Below are positions 41,501 to 57,040 of a stretch of DNA of 64,000 nucleotides, in pieces. This stretch comes from Auanema rhodensis (taxonomy: Eukaryota > Animalia > Nematoda), in contig CAXKVF010000073.1 of NCBI GenBank assembly GCA_964057225.1, positions 1,302,001 to 1,366,000 of the forward strand, written 5' to 3'. The notes beneath the pieces were generated by a model that was not told where the DNA came from, made no database searches, and saw only the letters and a list, made by a program, of their open reading frames with translations. Within the stretch, counting starts at the first letter, position 1. Every line of letters starts with the position of its first letter. The position numbers were made by a program, and so were the translations under genes.

Positions 41501-43999
41501 ATTTAATTAGCATAAATTAAAGTTCACGTAAATTTCAAAGTCATGGTTACCATGCACCAATATCAATAAAAATTTGTTTTTAGACTAATATGGACATGGG
41601 GAATCTAATTTTGAAAACCGCATCTCTTTATCTTTCACGTGAAGCGAGTTACATACCAAGTGCACATCACGTGTACATTTAATTAGCATAAATTAAAGTT
41701 CACGTAAATTTCAAAGTCATGGTTACCATGAAGCAATATCAATAAAAATTTGTTTTTAGACTAATATGGAAATGAGGAATCTAATTTTGAAAACCGCATC
41801 TCTTTATCTTTCACGTGAAGCGAGTTACATACCAAGTGCACATCACGTGTACATTTAATTAGCATAAATTAAAGTTCACGTAAATTTCAAAGTCATGGTT
41901 ACCATGAAGCAATATCAATAAAAATTTGTTTTTAGACTAATATGGACATGGGGAATCTAATTTTGAAAACCGCATCTCTTTATCTTTCACGTGAAGCGAG
42001 TTACATACCAAGTGCACATCACGTGTACATTTAATTAGCATTAATTAAAGTTCACGTAAATTTCAAAGTCATGGTTACCATGAACCAATATCAATAAAAA
42101 TTTGTTTTTAGACTAATATGGACATGGGGAATCTAATTTTCAAAACCGCATCTCTTTATCTTTCACGTGAAGCGAGTTACATACCAAGTGCACATCACGT
42201 GTACATTTAATTAGCATAAATTAAAGTTCACGTAAATTTCAAAGTCATGGTTACCATGAACTAATATCAATAAAAATTTGTTTTTAGACTAATATGGACA
42301 TGGGGAATCTAATTTTGAAAACCGCATCTCTTTATCTTTCACGTGAAGCGAGTTACATACCAAGTGCACATCACGTGTACATTTAATTAGCATAAATTAA
42401 AGTTCACGTAAATTTCAAAGTCATGGTTACCATGAACCAATATCAATAAAAATTTGTTTTTAGACTAATATGGACATGAGAAATCTAATTTTGAAAACCG
42501 CATCTCTTTATCTTTCACGTGAAGCGAGTTACATACCAAGTGCACATCACGTGTACATTTAATTAGCATAAATTAAAGTTCACGTAAATTTCAAAGTCAT
42601 GGTTACCATGAACCAATATCAATAAAAATTTGTTTTTAGACTAATATGGACATGGGGAATCTAATTTTGAAAACCGCATCTCTTCATCTTTCACGTGAAG
42701 CGAGTTACATACCAAGTGCACATCACGTGTACATTTAATTAGCATAAATTAAAGTTCACGTAAATTTCAAAGTCATGGTTACCATGAACCAATATTAATA
42801 AAAATTTGTTTTTAGACTAATATAGACATGGGGAATCTAATTTTGAAAACCGCATCTTTTTATCTTTCACGTGAAGCGAGTTACATACCAAGTGCACATC
42901 ACGTGTACATTTAATTAGCATAAATTAAAGTTCACGTAAATTTCAAAGTCATGGTTACCATGAACCAATATCAATAAAAATTTGTTTTTAGACTAATATG
43001 GACATGGGGAATCTAATTTTGAAAACCGCATCTCTTCATCTTTCACGTGAAGCGAGTTACATACCAAGTGCACATCACGTGTACATTTAATTAGCATAAA
43101 TTAAAGTTCACGTAAATTTCAAAGTCATGGTTACCATGAACCAATATTAATAAAAATTTGTTTTTAGACTAATATGGACATGGGGAATCTAATTTTGAAA
43201 ACCGCATCTCTTCATCTTTCACGTGAAGCGAGTTACATACCAAGTGCACATCACGTGTACATTTAATTAGCATAAATTAAAGTTCACGTAAATTTCAAAG
43301 TCATGGTTACCATGCACCAATATCAATAAAAATTTGTTTTTAGACTAATATGGACATGGGGAATCTAATTTTGAAAACCGCATCTCTTTATCTTTCACGT
43401 GAAGCGAGTTACATACCAAGTGCACATCACGTGTACATTTAATTAGCATAAATTAAAGTTCACGTAAATTTCAAAGTCATGGTTACCATGAACCAATATC
43501 AATAAAAATTTGTTTTTAGACTAATATGGACATGGGGAATCTAATTTTGAAAACCGCATCTCTTCATCTTTCACGTGAAGCGAGTTACATACCAAGTGCA
43601 CATCACGTGTACATTTAATTAGCATAAATTAAAGTTCACGTAAATTTCAAAGTCATGGTTACCATGAAGCAATATCAATAAAAATTTGTTTTTAGACTAA
43701 TATGGACATGGGGAATCTAATTTTGAAAACCGCATCTCTTTATCTTTCACGTGAAGCGAGTTACATACCAAGTGCACATCACGTGTACATTTAATTAGCA
43801 TAAATTAAAGTTCACGTAAATTTCAAAGTCATGGTTACCATGAACCAATATCAATAAAAATTTGTTTTTAGACTAATATGGACATGGGGAATCTAATTTT
43901 GAAAACCGCATCTCTTTATCTTTCACGTGAAGCGAGTTACATACCAAGTGCACATCACGTGTACATTTAATTAGCATAAATTAAAGTTCACGTAAATTT
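38544..43999. repeat. 15-monomer (2640 bp) tandem duplication
   Basis: C22G+C60A+G64A at 39072 and 41712; the private variant G78C at 39424 and 42064; G64A+G66A at 39776 and 42416; C29T+T94C at 40480 and 43120. The copies look identical by eye. Confidence 0.9.
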
Positions 44000-46900
44000 C
44001 AAAGTCATGGTTACCATGAACCAATATCAATAAAAATTTGTTTTTAGACTAATATGGACATGGGGAATCTAATTTTGAAAACCGCATCTCTTTATTTTTC
44101 ACGTGAAGCGAGTTACATACCAAGTGCACATCACGTGTACATTTAATTAGCATAAATTAAAGTTCACGTAAATTTCAAAGTCATGGTTACCATGAAGCAA
44201 TATCAATGAAAATTTGTTTTTAGACTAATATGGACATGGGGAATCTAATTTTGAAAACCGCATCTCTTTATCTTTCACGTGAAGCGAGTTACATACCAAG
44301 TGCACATCACGTGTACATTTAATTAGCATTAATTAAAGTTCACGTAAATTTCAAAGTCATGGTTACCATGAACCAATATCAATAAAAATTTGTTTTTAGA
44401 CTAATATGGACATGGGGAATCTAATTTTGAAAACCGCATCTCTTTATCTTTCACGTGAAGCGAGTTACATACCAAGTGCACATCACGTGTACATTTAATT
44501 AGCATAAATTAAAGTTCACGTAAATTTCAAAGTCATGGTTACCATGAACTAATATCAATAAAAATTTGTTTTTAGACTAATATGGACATGGGGAATCTAA
44601 TTTTGAAAACCGCATCTCTTTATCTTTCACGTGAAGCGAGTTACATACCAAGTGCACATCACGTGTACATTTAATTAGCATAAATTAAAGTTCACGTAAA
44701 TTTCAAAGTCATGGTTACCATGAACCAATATCAATAAAAATTTGTTTTTAGACTAATATGGACATGGGGAATCTAATTTTGAAAACCGCATCTCTTTATC
44801 TTTCACGTGAAGCGAGTTACATACCAAGTGCACATCACGTGTACATTTAATTAGCATAAATTAAAGTTCACGTAAATTTCAAAGTCATGGTTACCATGAA
44901 CCAATATCAATAAAAATTTGTTTTTAGACTAATATGGACATGGGGAATCTAATTTTGAAAACCGCATCTCTTTATCTTTCACGTGAAGCGAGTTACATAC
45001 CAAGTGCACATCACGTGTACATTTAATTAGCATAAATTAAAGTTCACGTAAATTTCAAAGTCATGGTTACCATGAACCAATATCGATAAAAATTTGTTTT
45101 TAGACTAATATGGACATGGGGAATCTAATTTCGAAAACCGCATCTCTTTATCTTTCACGTGAAGCGAGTTACATACCAAGTGCACATCACGTGTACATTT
45201 AATTAGCATAAATTAAAGTTCACGTAAATTTCAAAGTCATGGTTACCATGCACCAATATCAATAAAAATTTGTTTTTAGACTAATATGGACATGGGGAAT
45301 CTAATTTTGAAAACCGCATCTCTTTATCTTTCACGTGAAGCGAGTTACATACCAAGTGCACATCACGTGTACATTTAATTAGCATAAATTAAAGTTCACG
45401 TAAATTTCAAAGTCATGGTTACCATGAACCAATATCAATAAAAATTTGTTTTTAGACTAATATGGACATGGGGAATCTAATTTTGAAAACCGCATCTCTT
45501 TATCTTTCACGTGAAGCGAGTTACATACCAAGTGCACATCACGTGTACATTTAATTAGCATAAATTAAAGTTCACGTAAATTTCAAAGTCATGGTTACCA
45601 TGAACCAATATTAATAAAAATTTGTTTTTAGACTAATATAGACATGGGGAATCTAATTTTGAAAACCGCATCTTTTTATCTTTCACGTGAAGCGAGTTAC
45701 ATACCAAGTGCACATCACGTGTACATTTAATTAGCATAAATTAAAGTTCACGTAAATTTCAAAGTCATGGTTACCATGAACCAATATCAATAAAAATTTG
45801 TTTTTAGACTAATATGGACATGAGGAATCTAATTTTGAAAACCGCATCTCTTTATCTTTCACGTGAAGCGAGTTACATACCAAGTGCACATCACGTGTAC
45901 ATTTAATTAGCATAAATTAAAGTTCACGTAAATTGCAAAGTCATGGTTACCATGAACCAATATCAATAAAAATTTGTTTTTAGACTAATATGGACATGGG
46001 GAATCTAATTTTGAAAACCGCATCTCTTCATCTTTCACGTGAAGCGAGTTACATACCAAGTGCACATCACGTGTACATTTAATTAGCATAAATTAAAGTT
46101 CACGTAAATTTCAAAGTCATGGTTACCATGAACCAATATTAATAAAAATTTGTTTTTAGACTAATATAGACATGGGGAATCTAATTTTGAAAACCGCATC
46201 TTTTTATCTTTCACGTGAAGCGAGTTACATACCAAGTGCACATCACGTGTACATTTAATTAGCATAAATTAAAGTTCACGTAAATTTCAAAGTCATGGTT
46301 ACCATGCACCAATATCAATAAAAATTTGTTTTTAGACTAATATGGACATGGGGAATCTAATTTTGAAAACCGCATCTCTTTATCTTTCACGTGGAGCGAG
46401 TTACATACCAAGTGCACATCACGTGTACATTTAATTAGCATAAATTAAAGTTCACGTAAATTTCAAAGTCATGGTTACCATGAAGCAATATCAATAAAAA
46501 TTTGTTTTTAGACTAATATGGACATGGGGAATCTAATTTTGAAAACCGCATCTCTTTATTTTTCACGTGAAGCGAGTTACATACCAAGTGCACATCACGT
46601 GTACATTTAATTAGCATAAATTAAAGTTCACGTAAATTTCAAAGTCATGGTTACCATGAAGCAATATCAATGAAAATTTGTTTTTAGACTAATATGGACA
46701 TGGGGAATCTAATTTTGAAAACCGCATCTCTTTATCTTTCACGTGAAGCGAGTTACATACCAAGTGCACATCACGTGTACATTTAATTAGCATAAATTAA
46801 AGTTCACGTAAATTTCAAAGTCATGGTTACCATGAAGCAATATCAATAAAAATTTGTTTTTAGACTAATATGGACATGGGGAATCTAATTTTGAAAACCG

Positions 46901-49279
46901 CATCTCTTTATTTTTCACGTGAAGCGAGTTACATACCAAGTGCACATCACGTGTACATTTAATTAGCATAAATTAAAGTTCACGTAAATTTCAAAGTCAT
47001 GGTTACCATGAAGCAATATCAATGAAAATTTGTTTTTAGACTAATATGGACATGGGGAATCTAATTTTGAAAACCGCATCTCTTTATCTTTCACGTGAAG
47101 CGAGTTACATACCAAGTGCACATCACGTGTACATTTAATTAGCATTAATTAAAGTTCACGTAAATTTCAAAGTCATGGTTACCATGAACCAATATCAATA
47201 AAAATTTGTTTTTAGACTAATATGGACATGGGGAATCTAATTTTGAAAACCGCATCTCTTTATCTTTCACGTGAAGCGAGTTACATACCAAGTGCACATC
47301 ACGTGTACATTTAATTAGCATAAATTAAAGTTCACGTAAATTTCAAAGTCATGGTTACCATGAACTAATATCAATAAAAATTTGTTTTTAGACTAATATG
47401 GACATGGGGAATCTAATTTTGAAAACCGCATCTCTTTATCTTTCACGTGAAGCGAGTTACATACCAAGTGCACATCACGTGTACATTTAATTAGCATAAA
47501 TTAAAGTTCACGTAAATTTCAAAGTCATGGTTACCATGAACCAATATCAATAAAAATTTGTTTTTAGACTAATATGGACATGGGGAATCTAATTTTGAAA
47601 ACCGCATCTCTTTATCTTTCACGTGAAGCGAGTTACATACCAAGTGCACATCACGTGTACATTTAATTAGCATAAATTAAAGTTCACGTAAATTTCAAAG
47701 TCATGGTTACCATGAACCAATATCAATAAAAATTTGTTTTTAGACTAATATGGACATGGGGAATCTAATTTTGAAAACCGCATCTCTTTATCTTTCACGT
47801 GAAGCGAGTTACATACCAAGTGCACATCACGTGTACATTTAATTAGCATAAATTAAAGTTCACGTAAATTTCAAAGTCATGGTTACCATGAACCAATATC
47901 GATAAAAATTTGTTTTTAGACTAATATGGACATGGGGAATCTAATTTCGAAAACCGCATCTCTTTATCTTTCACGTGAAGCGAGTTACATACCAAGTGCA
48001 CATCACGTGTACATTTAATTAGCATAAATTAAAGTTCACGTAAATTTCAAAGTCATGGTTACCATGCACCAATATCAATAAAAATTTGTTTTTAGACTAA
48101 TATGGACATGGGGAATCTAATTTTGAAAACCGCATCTCTTTATCTTTCACGTGAAGCGAGTTACATACCAAGTGCACATCACGTGTACATTTAATTAGCA
48201 TAAATTAAAGTTCACGTAAATTTCAAAGTCATGGTTACCATGAACCAATATCAATAAAAATTTGTTTTTAGACTAATATGGACATGGGGAATCTAATTTT
48301 GAAAACCGCATCTCTTTATCTTTCACGTGAAGCGAGTTACATACCAAGTGCACATCACGTGTACATTTAATTAGCATAAATTAAAGTTCACGTAAATTGC
48401 AAAGTCATGGTTACCATGAACCAATATCAATAAAAATTTGTTTTTAGACTAATATGGACATGGGGAATCTAATTTTGAAAACCGCATCTCTTCATCTTTC
48501 ACGTGAAGCGAGTTACATACCAAGTGCACATCACGTGTACATTTAATTAGCATAAATTAAAGTTCACGTAAATTTCAAAGTCATGGTTACCATGAACCAA
48601 TATTAATAAAAATTTGTTTTTAGACTAATATAGACATGGGGAATCTAATTTTGAAAACCGCATCTTTTTATCTTTCACGTGAAGCGAGTTACATACCAAG
48701 TGCACATCACGTGTACATTTAATTAGCATAAATTAAAGTTCACGTAAATTTCAAAGTCATGGTTACCATGCACCAATATCAATAAAAATTTGTTTTTAGA
48801 TTAATATGGACATGGGGAATCTAATTTTGAAAACCGCATCTCTTTATCTTTCACGTGGAGCGAGTTACATACCAAGTGCACATCACGTGTACATTTAATT
48901 AGCATAAATTAAAGTTCACGTAAATTTCAAAGTCATGGTTACCATGAAGCAATATCAATAAAAATTTGTTTTTAGACTAATATGGACATGGGGAATCTAA
49001 TTTTGAAAACCGCATCTCTTTATTTTTCACGTGAAGCGAGTTACATACCAAGTGCACATCACGTGTACATTTAATTAGCATAAATTAAAGTTCACGTAAA
49101 TTTCAAAGTCATGGTTACCATGAAGCAATATCAATGAAAATTTGTTTTTAGACTAATATGGACATGGGGAATCTAATTTTGAAAACCGCATCTCTTTATC
49201 TTTCACGTGAAGCGAGTTACATACCAAGTGCACATCACGTGTACATTTAATTAGCATTAATTAAAGTTCACGTAAATTT
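44000..49279. repeat. 16-monomer unit followed by a 14-monomer derivative
   Basis: C22G+A33G+A155T at 44176 and 46992; A30G+T77C at 45056 and 47872; A20C+A107G at 46288 and 48752. The offset drops from 16 to 14 monomers across the monomer at 48224. Confidence 0.72.
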
Positions 49280-50259
49280 CAAAGTCATGGTTACCATGAA
49301 CCAATATCAATAAAAATTTGTTTTTAGACTAATATGGACATGGGGAATCTAATTTTGAAAACCGCATCTCTTTATCTTTCACGTGAAGCGAGTTACATAC
49401 CAAGTGCACATCACGTGTACATTTAATTAGCATAAATTAAAGTTCACGTAAATTTCAAAGTCATGGTTACCATGAACCAATATCAATAAAAATTTGTTTT
49501 TAGACTAATATGGACATGGGGAATCTAATTTTGAAAACCGCATCTCTTTATCTTTCACGTGAAGCGAGTTACATACCAAGTGCACATCACGTGTACATTT
49601 AATTAGCATAAATTAAAGTTCACGTAAATTTCAAAGTCATGGTTACCATGCACCAATATCAATAAAAATTTGTTTTTAGACTAATATGGACATGGGGAAT
49701 CTAATTTTGAAAACCGCATCTCTTTATCTTTCACGTGAAGCGAGTTACATACCAAGTGCACATCACGTGTACATTTAATTAGCATAAATTAAAGTTCACG
49801 TAAATTTCAAAGTCATGGTTACCATGAACCAATATCAATAAAAATTTGTTTTTAGACTAATATGGACATGGGGAATCTAATTTTGAAAACCGCATCTCTT
49901 CATCTTTCACGTGAAGCGAGTTACATACCAAGTGCACATCACGTGTACATTTAATTAGCATAAATTAAAGTTCACGTAAATTTCAAAGTCATGGTTACCA
50001 TGAACCAATATTAATAAAAATTTGTTTTTAGACTAATATAGACATGGGGAATCTAATTTTGAAAACCGCATCTCTTTATCTTTCACGTGAAGCGAGTTAC
50101 ATACCAAGTGCACATCACGTGTACATTTAATTAGCATAAATTAAAGTTCACGTAAATTTCAAAGTCATGGTTACCATGCACCAATATCAATAAAAATTTG
50201 TTTTTAGACTAATATGGACATGGGGAATCTAATTTTGTAAACCGCATCTCTTTATCTTT

Positions 50260-53200
50260 CACGTGGAGCGAGTTACATACCAAGTGCACATCACGTGTAC
50301 ATTTAATTAGCATAAATTAAAGTTCACGTAAATTTCAAAGTCATGGTTACCATGAAGCAATATCAATAAAAATTTGTTTTTAGACTAATATGGACATGGG
50401 GAATCTAATTTTGAAAACCGCATCTCTTTATCTTTCACGTGAAGCGAGTTACATACCAAGTGCACATCACGTGTACATTTAATTAGCATAAATTAAAGTT
50501 CACGTAAATTTCAAAGTCATGGTTACCATGAACCAATATCAATAAAAATTTGTTTTTAGACTAATATGGACATGGGGAATCTAATTTTGAAAACCGCATT
50601 TCTTTATCTTTCACGTGAAGCGAGTTACATACCAAGAGCACATCACGTGTACATTTAATTAGCATAAATTAAAGTTCACGTAAATTTCAAAGTCATGGTT
50701 ACCATGAACCAATATCAATAAAAATTTGTTTTTAGACTAATATGCACATGGGGAATCTAATTTTGAAAACCGCATCTCTTTATCTTTCACGTGAAGCGAG
50801 TTACATACCAAGTGCACATCACGTGTACATTTAATTAGCATAAATTAAAGTTCACGTAAAATTCAAAGTCATGGTTACCATGAACCAATATCAATAAAAA
50901 TTTGTTTTTAGACTAATATGGACATGGGGAATCTAATTTTGAAAACCGCATCTCTTTATCTTTCACGTGAAGCGAGTTACATACCAAGTGCACATCACGT
51001 GTACGTTTAATTAGCATAAATTAAAGTTCACGTAAATTTCAAAGTCATGGTTACCATGAACCAATATCAATAAAAATTTGTTTTTAGACTAATATGGACA
51101 TGGGGAATCTAATTTTGAAAACCGCATCTCTTTATCTTTCACGTGAAGCGAGTTACATACCAAGTGCACATCACGTGTACATTTAATTAGCATAAATTAA
51201 AGTTCACGTAAATTTCAAAGTCATGGTTAACATGAACCAATATCCATAAAAATTTGTTTTTAGACTAATATGGACATGGGGAATCTAATTTTGAAAACCG
51301 CATCTCTTTATCTTTCACGTGAAGCGAGTTACATACCAAGTGCACATCACGTGTACATTTAATTAGCATAAATTAAAGTTCACGTAAATTTCAAAGTCAT
51401 GGTTACCATGTACCAATATCAATAAAAATTTGTTTTTAGACTAATATGGACATGGGGAATCTAATTTTGAAAACCGCATCTCTTTATCTTTCACGTGAAG
51501 CGAGTTACATACCAAGTGCACATCACGTGTACATTTAATTAGCATAAATTAAAGTTCACGTAAATTTCAAAGTCATGGTTACCATGAACCAATATCAATA
51601 AAAATTTGTTTTTAGACTAATATGGACATGGGGAATCTAATTTTGAAAACCGCATCTCTTTATCTTTCACGTGAAGCGAGTTACATACCAAGTGCACATC
51701 ACGTGTACATTTAATTAGCATAAATTAAAGTTCACGTAAATTTCAAAGTCATGGTTACCATGAAGCAATATCAATGAAAATTTGTTTTTAGACTAATATG
51801 GACATGGGGAATCTAATTTTGAAAACCGCATCTCTTTATCTTTCACGTGAAGCGAGTTACATACCAAGTGCACATCACGTGTACATTTAATTAGCATTAA
51901 TTAAAGTTCACGTAAATTTCAAAGTCATGGTTACCATGAACCAATATCAATAAAATTTTGTTTTTAGACTAATATGGACATGGGGAATCTAATTTTGAAA
52001 ACCGCATCTCTTTATCTTTCACGTGAAGCGAGTTACATACCAAGTGCACATCACGTGTACATTTAATTAGCATAAATTAAAGTTCACGTAAATTTCAAAG
52101 TCATGGTTACCATGAACTAATATCAATAAAAATTTGTTTTTAGACTAATATGGACATGGGGAATTTAATTTTGAAAACCGCATCTCTTTATCTTTCACGT
52201 GAAGCGAGTTACATACCAAGTGCACATCACGTGTACATTTAATTAGCATAAATTAAAGTTCACGTAAATTTCAAAGTCATGGTTACCATGAACCAATATC
52301 AATAAAAATTTGTTTTTAGACTAATATGGACATGGGGAATCTAATTTTGAAAACCGCATCTCTTTATCTTTCACGTGAAGCGAGTTACATACCAAGTGCA
52401 CATCACGTGTACATTTAATTAGCATAAATTAAAGTTCACGTAAATTTCAAAGTCATGGTTACCATGAACCAATATCGATAAAAATTTGTTTTTAGACTAA
52501 TATGGACATGGGGAATCTAATTTCGAAAACCGCATCTCTTTATCTTTCACGTGAAGCGAGTTACATACCAAGTGCACATCACGTGTACATTTAATTAGCA
52601 TAAATTAAAGTTCACGTAAATTTCAAAGTCATGGTTTCCATGCACCAATATCAATAAAAATTTGTTTTTAGACTAATATGGACATGGGGAATCTAATTTT
52701 GAAAACCGCATCTCTTTATCTTTCACGTGAAGCGAGTTACATACCAAGTGCACATCACGTGTACATTTAATTAGCATAAATTAAAGTTCACGTAAATTTC
52801 AAAGTCATGGTTACCATGAACCAATATTAATAAAAATTTGTTTTTAGACTAATATGGACATGGGGAATCTAATTTTGAAAACCGCATCTCTTCATCTTTC
52901 ACGTGAAGCGAGTTACATACCAAGTGCACATCACGTGTACATTTAATTAGCATAAATTAAAGTTCACGTAAATTTCAAAGTCATGGTTACCATGAACCAA
53001 TATTAATAAAAATTTGTTTTTTGACTAATATAGACATGGGGAATCTAATTTTGAAAACCGCATCTCTTTATCTTTCACGTGAAGCGAGTTACATACCAAG
53101 TGCACATCACGTGTACATTTAATTAGCATAAATTAAAGTTCACGTAAATTTCAAAGTCATGGTTACCATGCACCAATATCAATAAAAATTTGTTTTTAGA

Positions 53201-56200
53201 CTAATATGGACATGGGGAATCTAATTTCGAAAACCGCATCTCTTTATCTTTCACGCGGAGCGAGTTACATACCAAGTGCACATCACGTGTACATTTAATT
53301 AGCATAAATTAAAGTTCACGTAAATTTCAAAGTCATGGTTACCATGAAGCAATATCAATAAAAATTTGTTTTTAGACTAATATGGACATGGGGAATCTAA
53401 TTTTGAAAACCGCATCTCTTTATCTTTCACGTGAAGCGAGTTACATACCAAGTGCACATCACGTGTACATTTAATTAGCATAAATTAAAGTTCACGTAAA
53501 TTTCAAAGTCATGGTTACCATGAAGCAATATCAATAAAAATTTGTTTTTAGACTAATATGGATATGGGGAATCTAATTTTGAAAACCGCATCTCTTTATC
53601 TTTCACGTGAAGCGAGTTACATACCAAGTGCACATCACGTGTACATTTAATTAGCATAAATTAAAGTTCACGTAAATTTCAAAGTCATGGTTACCATGAA
53701 CCAATATCAATAAAAATTTGTTTTTAGACTAATATGGACATGGGGAATCTAATTTTGAAAACCGCATCTCGTTACCTTTCACGTGGAGCGAGTTACATAC
53801 CAAGTGCACATCACGTGTACATTTAATTAGCATAAATTAAAGTTCACGTAAATTTCAAAGTCATGGTTACCATGAAGCAATATCAATAAAAATTTGTTTT
53901 TAGACTAATATGGACATGGGGAATCTAATTTTGAAAACCGCATCTCTTTATCTTTCACGTGAAGCGAGTTACATACCAAGTGCACATCACGTGTACATTT
54001 AATTAGCATAAATTAAAGTTCACGTAAATTTCAAAGTCATGGTTACCATGAACCAATATCAATAAAAATTTGTTTTTAGACTAATATGGACATGGGGAAT
54101 CTAATTTTGAAAACCGCATTTCTTTATCTTTCACGTGAAGCGAGTTACATACCAAGAGCACATCACGTGTACATTTAATTAGCATAAATTAAAGTTCACG
54201 TAAATTTCAAAGTCATGGTTACCATGAACCAATATCAATAAAAATTTGTTTTTAGACTAATATGCACATGGGGAATCTAATTTTGAAAACCGCATCTCTT
54301 TATCTTTCACGTGAAGCGAGTTACATACCAAGTGCACATCACGTGTACATTTAATTAGCATAAATTAAAGTTCACGTAAAATTCAAAGTCATGGTTACCA
54401 TGAACCAATATCAATAAAAATTTGTTTTTAGACTAATATGGACATGGGGAATCTAATTTTGAAAACCGCATCTCTTTATCTTTCACGTGAAGCGAGTTAC
54501 ATACCAAGTGCACATCACGTGTACGTTTAATTAGCATAAATTAAAGTTCACGTAAATTTCAAAGTCATGGTTACCATGAACCAATATCAATAAAAATTTG
54601 TTTTTAGACTAATATGGACATGGGGAATCTAATTTTGAAAACCGCATCTCTTTATCTTTCACGTGAAGCGAGTTACATACCAAGTGCACATCACGTGTAC
54701 ATTTAATTAGCATAAATTAAAGTTCACGTAAATTTCAAAGTCATGGTTAACATGAACCAATATCCATAAAAATTTGTTTTTAGACTAATATGGACATGGG
54801 GAATCTAATTTTGAAAACCGCATCTCTTTATCTTTCACGTGAAGCGAGTTACATACCAAGTGCACATCACGTGTACATTTAATTAGCATAAATTAAAGTT
54901 CACGTAAATTTCAAAGTCATGGTTACCATGTACCAATATCAATAAAAATTTGTTTTTAGACTAATATGGACATGGGGAATCTAATTTTGAAAACCGCATC
55001 TCTTTATCTTTCACGTGAAGCGAGTTACATACCAAGTGCACATCACGTGTACATTTAATTAGCATAAATTAAAGTTCACGTAAATTTCAAAGTCATGGTT
55101 ACCATGAACCAATATCAATAAAAATTTGTTTTTAGACTAATATGGACATGGGGAATCTAATTTTGAAAACCGCATCTCTTTATCTTTCACGTGAAGCGAG
55201 TTACATACCAAGTGCACATCACGTGTACATTTAATTAGCATAAATTAAAGTTCACGTAAATTTCAAAGTCATGGTTACCATGAAGCAATATCAATGAAAA
55301 TTTGTTTTTAGACTAATATGGACATGGGGAATCTAATTTTGAAAACCGCATCTCTTTATCTTTCACGTGAAGCGAGTTACATACCAAGTGCACATCACGT
55401 GTACATTTAATTAGCATTAATTAAAGTTCACGTAAATTTCAAAGTCATGGTTACCATGAACCAATATCAATAAAATTTTGTTTTTAGACTAATATGGACA
55501 TGGGGAATCTAATTTTGAAAACCGCATCTCTTTATCTTTCACGTGAAGCGAGTTACATACCAAGTGCACATCACGTGTACATTTAATTAGCATAAATTAA
55601 AGTTCACGTAAATTTCAAAGTCATGGTTACCATGAACTAATATCAATAAAAATTTGTTTTTAGACTAATATGGACATGGGGAATTTAATTTTGAAAACCG
55701 CATCTCTTTATCTTTCACGTGAAGCGAGTTACATACCAAGTGCACATCACGTGTACATTTAATTAGCATAAATTAAAGTTCACGTAAATTTCAAAGTCAT
55801 GGTTACCATGAACCAATATCAATAAAAATTTGTTTTTAGACTAATATGGACATGGGGAATCTAATTTTGAAAACCGCATCTCTTTATCTTTCACGTGAAG
55901 CGAGTTACATACCAAGTGCACATCACGTGTACATTTAATTAGCATAAATTAAAGTTCACGTAAATTTCAAAGTCATGGTTACCATGAACCAATATCGATA
56001 AAAATTTGTTTTTAGACTAATATGGACATGGGGAATCTAATTTCGAAAACCGCATCTCTTTATCTTTCACGTGAAGCGAGTTACATACCAAGTGCACATC
56101 ACGTGTACATTTAATTAGCATAAATTAAAGTTCACGTAAATTTCAAAGTCATGGTTTCCATGCACCAATATCAATAAAAATTTGTTTTTAGACTAATATG

Positions 56201-57040
56201 GACATGGGGAATCTAATTTTGAAAACCGCATCTCTTTATCTTTCACGTGAAGCGAGTTACATACCAAGTGCACATCACGTGTACATTTAATTAGCATAAA
56301 TTAAAGTTCACGTAAATTTCAAAGTCATGGTTACCATGAACCAATATTAATAAAAATTTGTTTTTAGACTAATATGGACATGGGGAATCTAATTTTGAAA
56401 ACCGCATCTCTTCATCTTTCACGTGAAGCGAGTTACATACCAAGTGCACATCACGTGTACATTTAATTAGCATAAATTAAAGTTCACGTAAATTTCAAAG
56501 TCATGGTTACCATGAACCAATATTAATAAAAATTTGTTTTTTGACTAATATAGACATGGGGAATCTAATTTTGAAAACCGCATCTCTTTATCTTTCACGT
56601 GAAGCGAGTTACATACCAAGTGCACATCACGTGTACATTTAATTAGCATAAATTAAAGTTCACGTAAATTTCAAAGTCATGGTTACCATGCACCAATATC
56701 AATAAAAATTTGTTTTTAGACTAATATGGACATGGGGAATCTAATTTCGAAAACCGCATCTCTTTATCTTTCACGCGGAGCGAGTTACATACCAAGTGCA
56801 CATCACGTGTACATTTAATTAGCATAAATTAAAGTTCACGTAAATTTCAAAGTCATGGTTACCATGAAGCAATATCAATAAAAATTTGTTTTTAGACTAA
56901 TATGGACATGGGGAATCTAATTTTGAAAACCGCATCTCTTTATCTTTCACGTGAAGCGAGTTACATACCAAGTGCACATCACGTGTACATTTAATTAGCA
57001 TAAATTAAAGTTCACGTAAATTTCAAAGTCATGGTTACCA
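50260..57040. repeat. 20-monomer-period (3520 bp) duplication, about 18.5 monomers shared
   Basis: Many otherwise rare variants repeat at +3520: C89T+T126A (50512/54032), G58C+T174A (50688/54208), A142G (50864/54384), C15A+A30C (51216/54736), A37T (51920/55440), C70T (52096/55616), A47T (52976/56496), T105C (53152/56672). Confidence 0.92.
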
